The position numbers and the translations under genes were made by a program. A stretch of 64,000 nt of DNA, taken from NCBI GenBank assembly GCA_963675755.2, contig CAXXMD010000002.1:672001-736000 (forward strand), written 5' to 3'. Below, in pieces: positions 10,738 through 22,325 of the stretch (position 1 is its first letter; each line of letters opens with the position of its first letter). The notes below the pieces were generated by a model. The model searched no databases, had not been told where the DNA came from, and saw only the letters and a program-made list of their open reading frames with translations. Source of the DNA: a bacterium. GTDB taxonomy: Bacteria; Zhuqueibacterota; Zhuqueibacteria; Residuimicrobiales; Krinioviventaceae.

Positions 10738-11337
10738 TCAATTTTCTTCCAGTTCCAGATGCAAGTCACCACAAAGTATATTTTCTGTTACCGGAGATTT
10801 TTTAATCCGTAAGTACATATCCAGAACACCTTCAAATTCTCCGATAACATTACCAGAACCTTCATATGTATAAGACGATACAGGAGAATATTCATAAATC
10901 GCTTCATGCACACCAACTATTGCTTCGTTTCGGGATTCAACTGGTTCATACTGTTCAATTTTTACTCCGGCTGGAACTCTTTTCATAATCGATTTCATAT
11001 TGTGTGCAAATTCTTCTGTATAGATATGGAAATGAAATCTAAAATAGGCAGACTCTATCTTTTTTACCGCCTCAATGTGAATACCAATGGATTCCTGTGA
11101 TTGGTTTACAGCCAGTTTGAATTCACGCAGTACGTTTTCAGGTATGCATATTTGTGTATTGCAATGCAGTGAGAGATATTCTTTGAAAACATCTCCGAAT
11201 GTTTCTTTTTTAATACCGCCTTTACGTGGGAAAAAATAGGTAAAAGAGGAACCCCGTCCCTGCATGAATCCTTGTACAAAACCTTTAACGATAGGGAATG
11301 GGGTATCGAGCGAGAGAACATAAAATGGAGTTGCCAT
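10738..11337 (-). CDS. hypothetical protein
   Basis: About 200-aa ORF with GAGG SD before ATG 11337; no recognised motif. Confidence 0.6.
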   Translation of the reverse strand: MATPFYVLSLDTPFPIVKGFVQGFMQGRGSSFTYFFPRKGGIKKETFGDVFKEYLSLHCNTQICIPENVLREFKLAVNQSQESIGIHIEAVKKIESAYFRFHFHIYTEEFAHNMKSIMKRVPAGVKIEQYEPVESRNEAIVGVHEAIYEYSPVSSYTYEGSGNVIGEFEGVLDMYLRIKKSPVTENILCGDLHLELEEN

Positions 11338-11573
11338 GTTACACCTCATAATAAAGTAAATGATTTATTTACTCATCTGAACACCAGCAAACCCGTAGTA
11401 TATCGTCTTTATTTTCATAACCAAAAATTTTGTATTTTTGTTCCATATATGCAAGCTATTTGTTATTGATTAAAATTGTAAATCCAGATACATTATTTTC
11501 ATTTGAATTTCTTGATTATTTTTATATATTAAAAGTTTACAATTGATATATATTCACAATCAAAGGAAGAAAC

Positions 11574-14035
11574 ATGGCAGACGAGTTAAATTTCAATCAG
11601 ATTGAAAAAAAATGGCAAACAAAATGGGAAGAAACTGAACTCTACAAGGTTAATCTCACTGAAACTGAAAAAAAACTGTATTGCCTGGTCATGTTTCTAT
11701 ATCCCAGTGGAGATAAATTGCATATTGGTCACTGGTATAATTATGGTCCAACAGATACATGGGCCAGATTTAAACGCATGCAGGGATATAATGTATTTGA
11801 ACCCATGGGGTATGATGCGTTTGGTCTACCTGCCGAAAATTATGCAATCAAAGTAGGTGTGCCTCCACAGACGAGTACCGATAATAATATTAAATATATT
11901 CGTGGTCAATTAAAAGCAATGGGCGCCATGTATGACTGGTCAAAAGAGATTAATACCAGTTCTCCGGAATACTATAAATGGACCCAGTGGTTATTTTTAC
12001 AATTGTATAAAAACAATCTGGCATATCGCAAAAAAGCGTCTGTAAACTGGTGTCCTGATTGCCAGACTGTACTTGCAAACGAGCAGGTAGTTGATGGTTT
12101 GTGTGAAAGATGTGACTCTGAAGTTGAAATGAAGGACCTGAAGCAATGGTTTTTCAAAATTACAGATTACGCTGAGCGCTTATTAGAAGGTCATGATCGT
12201 ATCGATTGGCCGGATAAAACAATTGCAATGCAGAAAAACTGGATCGGGAAAAGTATTGGCGCTACAATTAAATTCAAAGTTGAAAATAAAGATACTGAAA
12301 TTGAAGTCTTTACAACTCGTCCTGATACCGTTTTTGGTGTTACCTATATGGTATTGGGCCCCTGAAAACGAGCTGGTATCTGATTTAACTACAAAAGATA
12401 ATGAAGACAAGGTAAAGGAATACATCAAGCAGACTCGCAGGACAAAAGAGATTGACAGGCTCTCAACTGAGCGGGGAAAAAACCGGAGTCTTTACCGGAA
12501 GTTATTGTATCAATCCTTTTACCGGAGATAAAGTCCAGATCTGGATTGCTGATTACGTTCTTGTTACTTATGGAACCGGTGCGGTTATGGCTGTGCCCGC
12601 TCATGATGAACGTGATTTTGCATTTGCTAAAAAATACAATCTTCCTATCAAAGAAGTGATCTCAAAAACAGGAGAGACCTCTAAAGAAGAACTTGAAGAA
12701 GCTTTTATAGCTCCTGGCGTGATGGTCAATTCCGGACAGTTTGATGGTACAGAATCCGTTAAAGGAAAACAAGCTATTATTGATTATATGCAGGAAAATA
12801 ACATTGGTGATGCCAAAGTTAACTATAAATTGAGGGACTGGTTGATTTCACGTCAACGATATTGGGGAGCACCCATACCAATTATCTATTGTGATGATTG
12901 TGGAGAAGTACCGGTTCCTGAAGATCAGCTACCTGTCAAGTTACCCCAGGATGTTGAATTCAAGGGTAAAGGCGAATCTCCATTGTTATCAAGCGAATCC
13001 TTTTTGAACGCACCTTGTCCTAAATGTGGCAAAATGGGAAAACGCGAAGCAGATACCATGGATACATTTGTATGTTCTTCGTGGTACTTTTTGAGATATC
13101 CTAATCCGGATATGGATGATAAAGCCTTTGATAAAGAACGTATTAACAAATGGTTACCCGTTGATCAATATGTTGGTGGTGCGGAACATGCCGTAATGCA
13201 TTTATTGTATGCACGATTCTTTACAAAAGCATTGTATGATTTTGGTTTGATCAACTTTGATGAGCCCTTTACGAGACTTGTACACCAGGGTGTAATTACC
13301 GCCGCCGGGGCAAAAATGTCCAAATCTCGCGGTAACGTAGTGAATCCTGATTCATTTGTTGAAAAATATGGCTCAGATACATTTAGATTGTACATGATGT
13401 TTATGGGCGCTTATGAAGAAGGCGGCGACTGGAACGATGATGGTATTGCCGGTATATATCGTTTTATCAAACGTGTTTGGCGCTTAATTGAACAGGTAAC
13501 TGAAGAAAAACCAACAGGTAAGGAAAAAGATGAAAAATATGCACCTGTTGAGCGTCAGTTGCATTATGCAATTAAACATGCAACCCAGGACCTGGACAGA
13601 TTCCATTTCAATACTGCAATCAGTCGAATTATGGAGTTGGTAAACGAGATCTATTTGTATCTGCAGGAAGTGCCAATACAGCATCAATATGAAGGATTAT
13701 TATCTGATGTGGCAATTAAGCTGGTCAAGTTGATGTCACCATTTGCACCGCATCTATCAGAAGAAATGTGGGAAATGCTGGGACAACCATACAGTGTTTT
13801 CAACCAGGAATGGCCGGATTATGATGAGGATAAACTGGTATTAGATACAATTAACTTGGGAATTCAAGTAAATGGCAAAATCAGGGCCCAGATTCAAACA
13901 GCCGCAGATGCAAGTGATGATGAAATTCTAACGATAGCTTTGGCTGATGATAAAGTATCTAAACATGTCGAAGGTAAAAATATTGTTAAAAAGTTTGTAG
14001 TACAAAAGAAACTAGTAATTATTGTTGTTAAATAG
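11574..14035 (+). CDS. leuS: leucine--tRNA ligase, interrupted by two +1 frameshifts (probable sequencing errors)
   Basis: [46 protein letters not shown]; removing one G at about 12356 and one at about 12475 restores VLAPE and [10 protein letters not shown]. Confidence 0.95.
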
Positions 14036-14057
14036 ATACAATTACATATTAAAAAGC

Positions 14058-14095
14058 AAAAGCGATTCATTATTTATTAATGAATCGCTTTTTTT
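14058..14095 (+). terminator. intrinsic (possibly bidirectional) terminator after leuS
   Basis: AAAAGCGATTCATTA...TAATGAATCGCTTTTTTT. Confidence 0.8.
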
Positions 14096-14183
14096 ATATA
14101 CACATATATGGATAAACGGGGGATTGATAATATGCACAAGTTAACATAACTATTATTATGCATATTTATATGGATATAACAGA

Positions 14184-15608
14184 CTATCCCATAACTTCTT
14201 TAATCGCATCCCGTGCTTTGGTTTTTAATGGCGATTTAAACTTTGACCAGACAATCTCTTCAAAGTTTTCAATGGCCTTGTCATTTTCACCAATACTTTT
14301 CAATGCTTTACCAAGATAATATCTTGCAGTCAGATTGTGATTGTTCATCTTGACTGCATCATCTAAAAAGCTGATACTCTCTGAAACTTTGTCAAGTTTA
14401 AACAGACTTTTACCAATCAATGTCAGAACTGAACTATCCTGTTTGCCCATTTCAAATGCATTACGGGCTGATTGTCCAGAATTTTCATATTGCTCTGCCG
14501 CATCATAAATGATTGCAGCCTGTTTAAAGAATATTGGCCGGCTATCAGACTCGTACGCGATAGCTTTATTGATAGACATAATTGCGTCATCAAAATTTCC
14601 TGTACGCGCCTGGCATGATGCTAATGAAGCCCAAACTTCAACATCCGTTTCACGGTATTTCAGATATTCATTATACTTTTCAATGGATTTTTCATATTTA
14701 CCATCGATAAAGTATTGATATCCTTCAGCATACAGCAAATTTATATTTTCAGGCTCTTTGGTTCTCGCAAGTTGTGTTTCTTCTGCTGGAATTACTATGG
14801 CTGATTCGGTTACCTGCTTCTCCGGTACTTGCGTTTCCAGCTTTTTGATCATTTGATTTGCAATTTCGATCATTTTAATATCTGTCGAAATTTTTGTTAC
14901 AGCTCTGTAATATCGAATTGCACTTTCCGGATCATTTAACAAATTGTATAATTTACCCAAACCCAGATAAGCTTTGGGTTCTTTTGGTGATAATTCAACT
15001 ACACGATCAAAACACTTGATTGCTTTGTCATATTTAGACAACATGCTGTACAAAGCACCCAGATTAATCAATGCCTGAATGTTTTTTCGGCTTAAAAGTA
15101 AACCATTTCGGGTAAATTCCTCGGCTTTGTCATATTTCTTTTGCTTGGAATATACACTACCCAGCACAAAATAAGCTCTGAAATATACAGGACAAATACG
15201 AATAGCTTCTAAACAGCAATCTATTCCCTTTTCAGAATTTTGAGCTGAAAAATAACCAAGTCCGAGATTATAATGATAATCCGGATCAACAGGATTAATT
15301 TCTATGGCACGCAGCCACAGCTCAATTGCTTTATCTACTTGTTTGCTTCTAATCGCTTCAAGTGCCTGTTTGTTAAGCTCATCAGCTTCTTGTATTGTAG
15401 GATTAAAAATCCAGGATATAATGGCTCTATCTTCAAGAAGCTCGATTTCCTGAAGTTTTTCAGCGCCTTTGAAACGTTCCTTGAGCAGCTCAGCTAAAGA
15501 AGCACGTTGCTCATCTTCAGATAGCAATTGTAATTCCTGGTATTCCTGTATAAAGTCTGCTAAAAGAATCTCAACTTTAATTATTTTGTTTTTATTTGTC
15601 TCAGTCAT
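14184..15608 (-). CDS. tetratricopeptide repeat protein
   Basis: Multiple TPR units (YHYNLGLGY, AYFVLGSVY, ALINLGALY, AYLGLGKLY, ARYYLGKAL). Confidence 0.85.
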   Translation of the reverse strand: MTETNKNKIIKVEILLADFIQEYQELQLLSEDEQRASLAELLKERFKGAEKLQEIELLEDRAIISWIFNPTIQEADELNKQALEAIRSKQVDKAIELWLRAIEINPVDPDYHYNLGLGYFSAQNSEKGIDCCLEAIRICPVYFRAYFVLGSVYSKQKKYDKAEEFTRNGLLLSRKNIQALINLGALYSMLSKYDKAIKCFDRVVELSPKEPKAYLGLGKLYNLLNDPESAIRYYRAVTKISTDIKMIEIANQMIKKLETQVPEKQVTESAIVIPAEETQLARTKEPENINLLYAEGYQYFIDGKYEKSIEKYNEYLKYRETDVEVWASLASCQARTGNFDDAIMSINKAIAYESDSRPIFFKQAAIIYDAAEQYENSGQSARNAFEMGKQDSSVLTLIGKSLFKLDKVSESISFLDDAVKMNNHNLTARYYLGKALKSIGENDKAIENFEEIVWSKFKSPLKTKARDAIKEVMG

Positions 15609-15665
15609 TTTCCATTTCTTCGATTGTTGTTATTTCCAGCTCTTAATATACATCATTATATACAG

Positions 15666-17696
15666 TTATTCAAGCATTTTGCCGAATTGTACCAATAACT
15701 TTTTATTTTCATAGTAATTGTATGGGCCTGGATGAGATCCAATATGATTTCTCATATGTGTTACAACGATATTGGATTCCGGAATAACTGCATTTACAAC
15801 ATTACCGGCTCCGGACATTACAAAGCCTCCTTCCTTTTCAAATAACCACCAAAGAAGTCCATATCGCCCACCATCAGAGTCTCGTGTTCCATGATATTTC
15901 CAGATTTCAGACTTGTCATGTGCATTAAAGTAATGATGCCCTTCAAATGTTCCATTACTTGTCATGAGTTGGCCAAAACGATTAAATTCGCGTGCAGTAG
16001 TATACAAACCTGAACTGCATCTGTATCCTGGTGCAATAAGCGCAAAGTGCTGAGCAGTTTCTGAAAAATCACCGGCTATACAAGGCAGCAATGGTAATTC
16101 ATTTGTATATTCATAAATATACTTTGTATTTTTAGTATTTAATGGTCCCAGTATTCTTTCGTTTAAAAGAACTTCCAAATCCTTGCCGGCAGCGGCTTCA
16201 AGCGCACGTTCAAGAATATGCATACCCAGTGTTGAATATAAAAATACATCACCCGGATTCTCTCTAATTTCAATGCGATACAAATCTATTGGCGGAATTA
16301 ATACAATTCTCCCATCTTGCATTTCAGCATCTGGTAAAAATACACCGGACGTATGTGATGCCAGGTGTCTCAGTGTTACGGACTTGCGGCTGAACGGCCC
16401 ATTACCATCAGATTTGAACGCCGGTAAAAATAAACCGACCGGTTCGTCTAATTTTATCAGACTATCCTTCATCATAGACAGCATCAGGGCTGAAATATAG
16501 GATTTTGTACACGAAAATAACGGCCACATTGAATTTTTGTCAATTTCAGATTCTGGTTTTTGAGGTTCAGAGCCTGTAAAATACTTTTCGTAGAGAATTT
16601 CAGGTCCCCTGCTTATAATTAATGCTCCGGATGTAGGTCGCAATGCATCCATGGTTTTTAAAACTGCATTTTCCAGATCAACAATATCCGGATCAGTTGT
16701 GTTAAAAACCAATGGCTGCCGTGTGAAATCTGCAATAGCATTATAAAGCATCTCGTCATCTTTTTTACCATGAAATTCAAATGGATAGTGCTGATTCAGT
16801 TCCAGGTTCATATAGCCCCAGGAACATTTATTTTCAACACAGGCTCGTAATGCATTAACAGCATCAATGCCGATTTTATCATCTTCATTGCAGACCAGTG
16901 GTTTATCAAATACCTGCAGTGCTTTAATTCTTGCAGGGATAGTATCTGCTGGTGTGTTGTTAAAATGGATCAGAATAAAGTCACATTCCTTGGCCAATTG
17001 AGGATTCATCCTACCATTACCCAATCCACTCGTAGAAACCAGCAATTCATTGCTATTCTTTCGAACAACATCTATTAGCTCAAGTTGGCCTTTAACTGTT
17101 TTGATTATGTCATGATTATAACCTGAATGCGGGTATTCGTTGGCAATTTCAAGTAAAATGTTTTTATGATGGCTATCTGATATCCATTTGCAAACATTTG
17201 CAACTGCATTTTTCACCGCATCAGCATCCTGAAGAATCTGGTCCTGTCTTTGATAAAAGCAACCCAATATAACTGCCATTTCATTTTCGCTGCATGCACG
17301 TATAACCTTATCGACGCGTTTCATATAATCCGGATCAAGATCACCATTTTTATCAAAAGCAGAATTCACTGCTCCCTCATAGCCCGGCATACCGCCTTGC
17401 AAATTTAATGTAAACGCCGTAACTCCTTGCTGCTTATAGAGTTTTATTGATTCAATAAAGTTATTAGTGTTTATTTCTGGTGAAAAACCTGGCTTTGAAT
17501 CGTCAGTAAAAATACTGTTAACCATTCTTACATTGATCAACAAACCTTCAGCAAGTGTATTGGGATTGGTAATATTTCCATTAATCGTCCAGTTATTTTC
17601 TTTTAATGCAATAACTGTTTTTGTGCCTGAATTGCAGCCGATTATGAAAATTAAAATAATTAATAGTGATAAAGCGTGAACATTTAATTTGTTCAT
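15666..17696 (-). CDS. lipoprotein fusing a clan-A glycoside-hydrolase-like TIM barrel to a beta-lactamase-family serine hydrolase
   Basis: Lipobox IIGC; LLEIANE and VCNEDD in N-half; SCTKS (SxxK), LRHLASHTSG, YSTLG, YGLLWW in C-half; start set at ATG 17696 after GGAGAGG. Confidence 0.75.
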   Translation of the reverse strand: MNKLNVHALSLLIILIFIIGCNSGTKTVIALKENNWTINGNITNPNTLAEGLLINVRMVNSIFTDDSKPGFSPEINTNNFIESIKLYKQQGVTAFTLNLQGGMPGYEGAVNSAFDKNGDLDPDYMKRVDKVIRACSENEMAVILGCFYQRQDQILQDADAVKNAVANVCKWISDSHHKNILLEIANEYPHSGYNHDIIKTVKGQLELIDVVRKNSNELLVSTSGLGNGRMNPQLAKECDFILIHFNNTPADTIPARIKALQVFDKPLVCNEDDKIGIDAVNALRACVENKCSWGYMNLELNQHYPFEFHGKKDDEMLYNAIADFTRQPLVFNTTDPDIVDLENAVLKTMDALRPTSGALIISRGPEILYEKYFTGSEPQKPESEIDKNSMWPLFSCTKSYISALMLSMMKDSLIKLDEPVGLFLPAFKSDGNGPFSRKSVTLRHLASHTSGVFLPDAEMQDGRIVLIPPIDLYRIEIRENPGDVFLYSTLGMHILERALEAAAGKDLEVLLNERILGPLNTKNTKYIYEYTNELPLLPCIAGDFSETAQHFALIAPGYRCSSGLYTTAREFNRFGQLMTSNGTFEGHHYFNAHDKSEIWKYHGTRDSDGGRYGLLWWLFEKEGGFVMSGAGNVVNAVIPESNIVVTHMRNHIGSHPGPYNYYENKKLLVQFGKMLE

Positions 17697-17709
17697 TTCC
17701 CTCTCCATT

Positions 17710-18693
17710 TCAGCATAATTTGCCGTCAGTGTAATCATTACGAGCCCAGCACAATGCATGCGGACCTGCCAGATGGGCCATTCTGCCTTCAAGTGATCTA
17801 TTAGATGAATCTACGTTCTCAAGTCCTGCTATTTCTTTTACCAGTGAAACATTTTCTTCAAGTGTTTGGATGCCATAATGACCAATCAAGGCGGTTGCTA
17901 TACCGGGTTGAGACAAGGCGTATCCCATCAATTCCCTGGCTGTTGCCTCTTTGCCAACAATGTCGCGCATAACTTTCATAGCCAGTGTGCCAATATTACG
18001 TTCCCGAGCTAAAGGTAATGCTACTTTTGCAAAATCTCCATATTGGGTAGGATTCATTGCCAGAATGCAAACATCAGGATCCAATTTCTCTATAAACTCT
18101 TTGGATTTTTCTGCACTGTTCATACTTGAAAAACCGATATTACGGGCAACACCTTGTTCCTTGAGTGACCGCATCTTTTTATAAACACCTCGCTCAATAC
18201 TTGAAATGTCTTCATCAGGCTCAATGCTGTGTACCATTAACACATCAACATAATCGGTTTTTAAATCTTTTAAACTTTTCTCAAATTCTTTCATTGCACC
18301 ATCAACATCTCTTGAATCGAATTTTGTAGAGATATAAATATCTTTTCTATATTTCGGCAAGATTAAACCTAATCGCTGTTCACTGCTCATACTTGCATTA
18401 AATAAATAAGACGAACTGGTATCAAAAAAGTTAACTCCCAGTTCAATTGCACGTTCAAGCAGCGGCTCCCATTCACCATCAGGATTTTTAAGAAATTGCG
18501 ATCCACTGCCAAAAGAAAGCAAGGAAACCTCTAAACCGGTAGCGCCCAGTATTCTTTTAGGCATTGATCCCACAATAGCTTTGGGATCGGATTGTTTTTG
18601 CGCACAGCCTGGAACTATTGAAACCGCTGCTGCGGTACTTGCGGTTTGTATAAACTGGCGTCTGGAAATATTGGGTTTATTTTCGTTAAACAT
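17710..18693 (-). CDS. Tat-exported aldo/keto reductase
   Basis: SRRQFI twin-arginine signal; RILGATGLEVSLLSFG, GVNFFDTS, ISTK, SLKDLKTDYVD, AMKV. Confidence 0.85.
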   Translation of the reverse strand: MFNENKPNISRRQFIQTASTAAAVSIVPGCAQKQSDPKAIVGSMPKRILGATGLEVSLLSFGSGSQFLKNPDGEWEPLLERAIELGVNFFDTSSSYLFNASMSSEQRLGLILPKYRKDIYISTKFDSRDVDGAMKEFEKSLKDLKTDYVDVLMVHSIEPDEDISSIERGVYKKMRSLKEQGVARNIGFSSMNSAEKSKEFIEKLDPDVCILAMNPTQYGDFAKVALPLARERNIGTLAMKVMRDIVGKEATARELMGYALSQPGIATALIGHYGIQTLEENVSLVKEIAGLENVDSSNRSLEGRMAHLAGPHALCWARNDYTDGKLC

Positions 18694-18711
18694 ATTATTC
18701 TCCTGTCCAAT

Positions 18712-21240
18712 TTAAAATGCAAGCAAAAAGGTCCTGAGTTGGTTTTTACCAATTTCAAAAGTAAAACTGTTTTCATCAAACGAAACAGGACTTTTAAAAT
18801 CGATTTGCTTTTCAATATGATTTGTTTCAATTATTGATCTGAGGGTCCCTGGTAAACCAACCTTTACTTTACCATCCCTCCCTTGCGTTTCAAAAATACG
18901 TAATACGATGTTATTGGGATTCCAGTCACCCTGTTGCACCTTGATCACTGACAATACAACATGATCACTATCAACACTGAAAAAAGAGTGTTCAGAGGGT
19001 AAACTCTTTTGAATAGATTGGAGTGGAGCTCGTTTACCCGGTAAATCACCAATATGTTGATTCTCCTGCATTACAACCATAGAACGATTAAATTCAAGGG
19101 ATTGCTGATACACATTTGCTTGTTTCCAGTCACCCGGATGCGGATATAGAGCATATCCAAACGAGTGAACACCTTCATCCATCCTGGGATCCATGTCACG
19201 TGCACCATGCACCACAGCTGCTGATAATGTATTATTATTTACGTCAAAGCCATATTTACCATTATTTAGTAATGCAAAGCCAATTTCCTCATTTGAAAGA
19301 TCAATCCAATTTTGAGCCGGCCAAATAATACCATCTTTATTTCTTTCAATATAGCCATAAGGCTGCTCAAAAACAGCTTTACCATTATCAATTGTGGAGG
19401 GAAACCCAACCTTTAGCAATTTATCATGCTCATTCCAGTCAACTGTCATTTCAAATTCAATTCGGGTAGAATGTGATTTTAATATCAATTCCCTTGTAAT
19501 TGATGAAGTATTATTGATATAACCCATCCATTTTAAAATAATTTTAGCAGGTCCATCACATATTACCTGAGGTGCATTATTTTCAGGTTTTATTTCATCC
19601 AATTTGCCTGTAATATTCACATTCCAACTGTTACTGTTTTGTTCGGAAAATAGAGTTAAAACATTCCCTTTCCCTTCCAAAATTGATTTACCAGAAGCGA
19701 GATTTATTATATCAAGATCTCCATTTGTGTCCCATGTTATCTTGAAAAAAGAATTTGAAACAGAATCCTGTGTATATTTGAGATCAGAATCCGGTAGATC
19801 AATCTTTGTATCAACAACACGAAACATCTTGTAGCCAACTGGTGGTATATTATCAGCAAAAAACGAAACACTTGCAGATAATCCGTCCTGGGCCATTTCA
19901 TTGATCTGATACAAAACAGGATTCCCCAATGCATCCACTATGCTGAAATTTTCAGTTTTCCGGATAAATCGTATCGATGCATCTACTACATCAGACCGCT
20001 GCCAGGATAAAGGATTGTAAACAACGAGAGGAATACCTTCACCGCGGGTATCAATGCGAGATCCTATGACTTCCAGCCCATACTGTAGTAGCCTGTTTCC
20101 TTCCTGATTAAGGTATTGATAATCCTTCAAAGCATCATCAAATACATCACCAATTGAAGTACCGGGTAATATATCGTGAAACTGGTTTAATAAAATTTTC
20201 TTCCATCCATCCCTAAAATCTACTCTGGGGAACAAGGGCTTCATTTGCAGCATGGTACCAATGGTTGCAAATGTTTCTGCTGTTAAAAAAAGGTTTTCCA
20301 TATCCCGGTTCGCTTTTTTGATACGCGCCTGAGATACAAATGAACCACGCCAACGAATGGGGAAATTAGGTTCGTCACTGCCAAACAGTCCCAATTCACC
20401 TTGATAGTTTTCAATTTCAGAATTTGTAACATCCAACTCTTTGAAATAAGTTTCAGGAGTAACATATCTGAATTGATATTCGGGATGATCTTTTTTCAAA
20501 CGCTCCATATTCTCAATATCAGGTTGACGTGGGCCACCCCCATGATCACCTTCGCCAAACAATACCATAACTTTATCAATATCTGAAATTTCGGACCAGG
20601 TATCTGCAATCTCTAACAACTTGTTATCGATTTTTACATTATAGTGATGTGGCGCCTTGTATGCCAACACTTTAGAACCATCAGGACTCTCCCACCAGAA
20701 CACCCTTTTATCATCCGGTGCTCCCCTGCCAAAAACGTAATATTGAATACCACAGCCACTGTAGATCATGGGTAAGGTTAGTGCCTGTCCACAAAAAGAA
20801 TCCGGTACCCAGGCAATATTCACAGGATCTATACCAAGATACTTTTCATTGAATTCATTTCCAATCAGAAATTGACGGATTAGTGATTCTCCGGAAGGCA
20901 TTATGGCATCAGGTTCAACCCATTGTCCACCTGTAACAGACCAGCGTCCCTCTTTAATTTTTTGCTTCATGAGTTCAAATAATCCAGGGTACTGCAACCT
21001 TGAAATATCATAAAGCGCCATTTGACTTTGCGCAAATGTCAAATCGGGTACCACGTCCATCATTTTTATTACTCCCTCAAACGTATCCGGAGTAACCCGA
21101 TCAGCAGTTTCGTTCAATCTCCAACGATATGCCATGTCAATATGAGCATTGCCTACTAGATCAATCTCACGCTTGATATCACTACCATATATATTCGTAA
21201 TTATTATAAAATAGACTAAATATTTCAAGATATTCTTCAT
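18712..21240 (-). CDS. alpha-mannosidase, glycoside hydrolase family 38
   Basis: AHIDMAYRW, GGQWVEPD, SGESLIRQ, WVPDSF, GDHGGGP, NQFHDILPGTSI. Confidence 0.9.
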   Translation of the reverse strand: MKNILKYLVYFIIITNIYGSDIKREIDLVGNAHIDMAYRWRLNETADRVTPDTFEGVIKMMDVVPDLTFAQSQMALYDISRLQYPGLFELMKQKIKEGRWSVTGGQWVEPDAIMPSGESLIRQFLIGNEFNEKYLGIDPVNIAWVPDSFCGQALTLPMIYSGCGIQYYVFGRGAPDDKRVFWWESPDGSKVLAYKAPHHYNVKIDNKLLEIADTWSEISDIDKVMVLFGEGDHGGGPRQPDIENMERLKKDHPEYQFRYVTPETYFKELDVTNSEIENYQGELGLFGSDEPNFPIRWRGSFVSQARIKKANRDMENLFLTAETFATIGTMLQMKPLFPRVDFRDGWKKILLNQFHDILPGTSIGDVFDDALKDYQYLNQEGNRLLQYGLEVIGSRIDTRGEGIPLVVYNPLSWQRSDVVDASIRFIRKTENFSIVDALGNPVLYQINEMAQDGLSASVSFFADNIPPVGYKMFRVVDTKIDLPDSDLKYTQDSVSNSFFKITWDTNGDLDIINLASGKSILEGKGNVLTLFSEQNSNSWNVNITGKLDEIKPENNAPQVICDGPAKIILKWMGYINNTSSITRELILKSHSTRIEFEMTVDWNEHDKLLKVGFPSTIDNGKAVFEQPYGYIERNKDGIIWPAQNWIDLSNEEIGFALLNNGKYGFDVNNNTLSAAVVHGARDMDPRMDEGVHSFGYALYPHPGDWKQANVYQQSLEFNRSMVVMQENQHIGDLPGKRAPLQSIQKSLPSEHSFFSVDSDHVVLSVIKVQQGDWNPNNIVLRIFETQGRDGKVKVGLPGTLRSIIETNHIEKQIDFKSPVSFDENSFTFEIGKNQLRTFLLAF

Positions 21241-21242
21241 AG

Positions 21243-22277
21243 TTATTCGGCTTTCCGTATTAGTAATTGCATATCATATCCGTTATCTTTGAAAGTTGAT
21301 TCGCTATTTTGGAGCATTTCAAGAATTGCATTAACCGGTGTAGCGATGGTAATACCGTAATTGAGAAAACGTACTTGACGATTATATATATCCTGCTGAT
21401 AAAGCGTATTGTTGTCATAATGACTTGATGCAGGATCCGGTACCAAAACATTGTACAAGTCTGCTGTTGCACTGGTTGCAATACCCAGAATTTCAAAATT
21501 GGGTACGCCCTGCTTAACGCCTACAACCAATCCCCCACTAAAGCCATAATTAAACATGGTATCAATTAAAAAATTTCTCCCATTATTACGTTCAGGTTCA
21601 GATATCATGCCCTGCGTAAGCATTTTATACCCTTTGGGGTAACCCGCAAGATACACAAGCGTTCCCCATTCCAGTTTTGAAGAATCTCCAAAAGGATAAG
21701 GTATTGCTGGTACAAGATATTGTTCATCATCTTTCAAATCTACACCAAGAACGATGATATCACTTTGAGAGTCCTGTGCCAGAATTTTCAAAGTTTTGTA
21801 TTCAGGCATATCCGATGAATAATGTTTCTCACTTTGTTTTATCGATATACTGGAAACATATCTCATTCCTTGATCGGTTTCAAAATAAGTAACCAGGGTG
21901 TCAGGATGATTAAATATATGAGCACTGGACAAGATCGCTATTCGCTTGTTATGGTTATAGATAATCGTTCCTGTACCATATGCGGACACATTATCATACT
22001 TGATCGATTGTGCTGAATCGCTATTTACAGTGGCAACATTAGAACGTTTTATTCTGGTTTCAGGTGAAAAAAACAATGTCCGATATGTTGCAGAGGAATT
22101 CATCACTATAATAGAGCGCTGCAATGTATCAAAGAATGGCTCTTTGGAACCGGGAGGAACCCAATAATCATAACCGGATTTTGAAATATGGGTACTTTCT
22201 TTTTGTACAGCATTACTGCATTGTAATATAAATATGACTGTGATGAATATATAATGTATTTTAAATTTTAAAATCAT
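21243..22277 (-). CDS. trypsin-like serine protease (lipoprotein)
   Basis: GTGTII, SSAHIF (His), DIIVL (Asp), AGYPKG, NYGFSGG (Ser). Confidence 0.75.
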   Translation of the reverse strand: MILKFKIHYIFITVIFILQCSNAVQKESTHISKSGYDYWVPPGSKEPFFDTLQRSIIVMNSSATYRTLFFSPETRIKRSNVATVNSDSAQSIKYDNVSAYGTGTIIYNHNKRIAILSSAHIFNHPDTLVTYFETDQGMRYVSSISIKQSEKHYSSDMPEYKTLKILAQDSQSDIIVLGVDLKDDEQYLVPAIPYPFGDSSKLEWGTLVYLAGYPKGYKMLTQGMISEPERNNGRNFLIDTMFNYGFSGGLVVGVKQGVPNFEILGIATSATADLYNVLVPDPASSHYDNNTLYQQDIYNRQVRFLNYGITIATPVNAILEMLQNSESTFKDNGYDMQLLIRKAE

Positions 22278-22325
22278 AGAATACCTAAAATTTGTAATCA
22301 GGTTTATTTAAATCCATTGTTACTA

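Noticed and set aside
12193-12531. Programmed frameshifting in leuS or marR
   Set aside because: Two successive shifts in an essential gene, located in homopolymers and matching the indel pattern elsewhere, are better explained as sequencing error.
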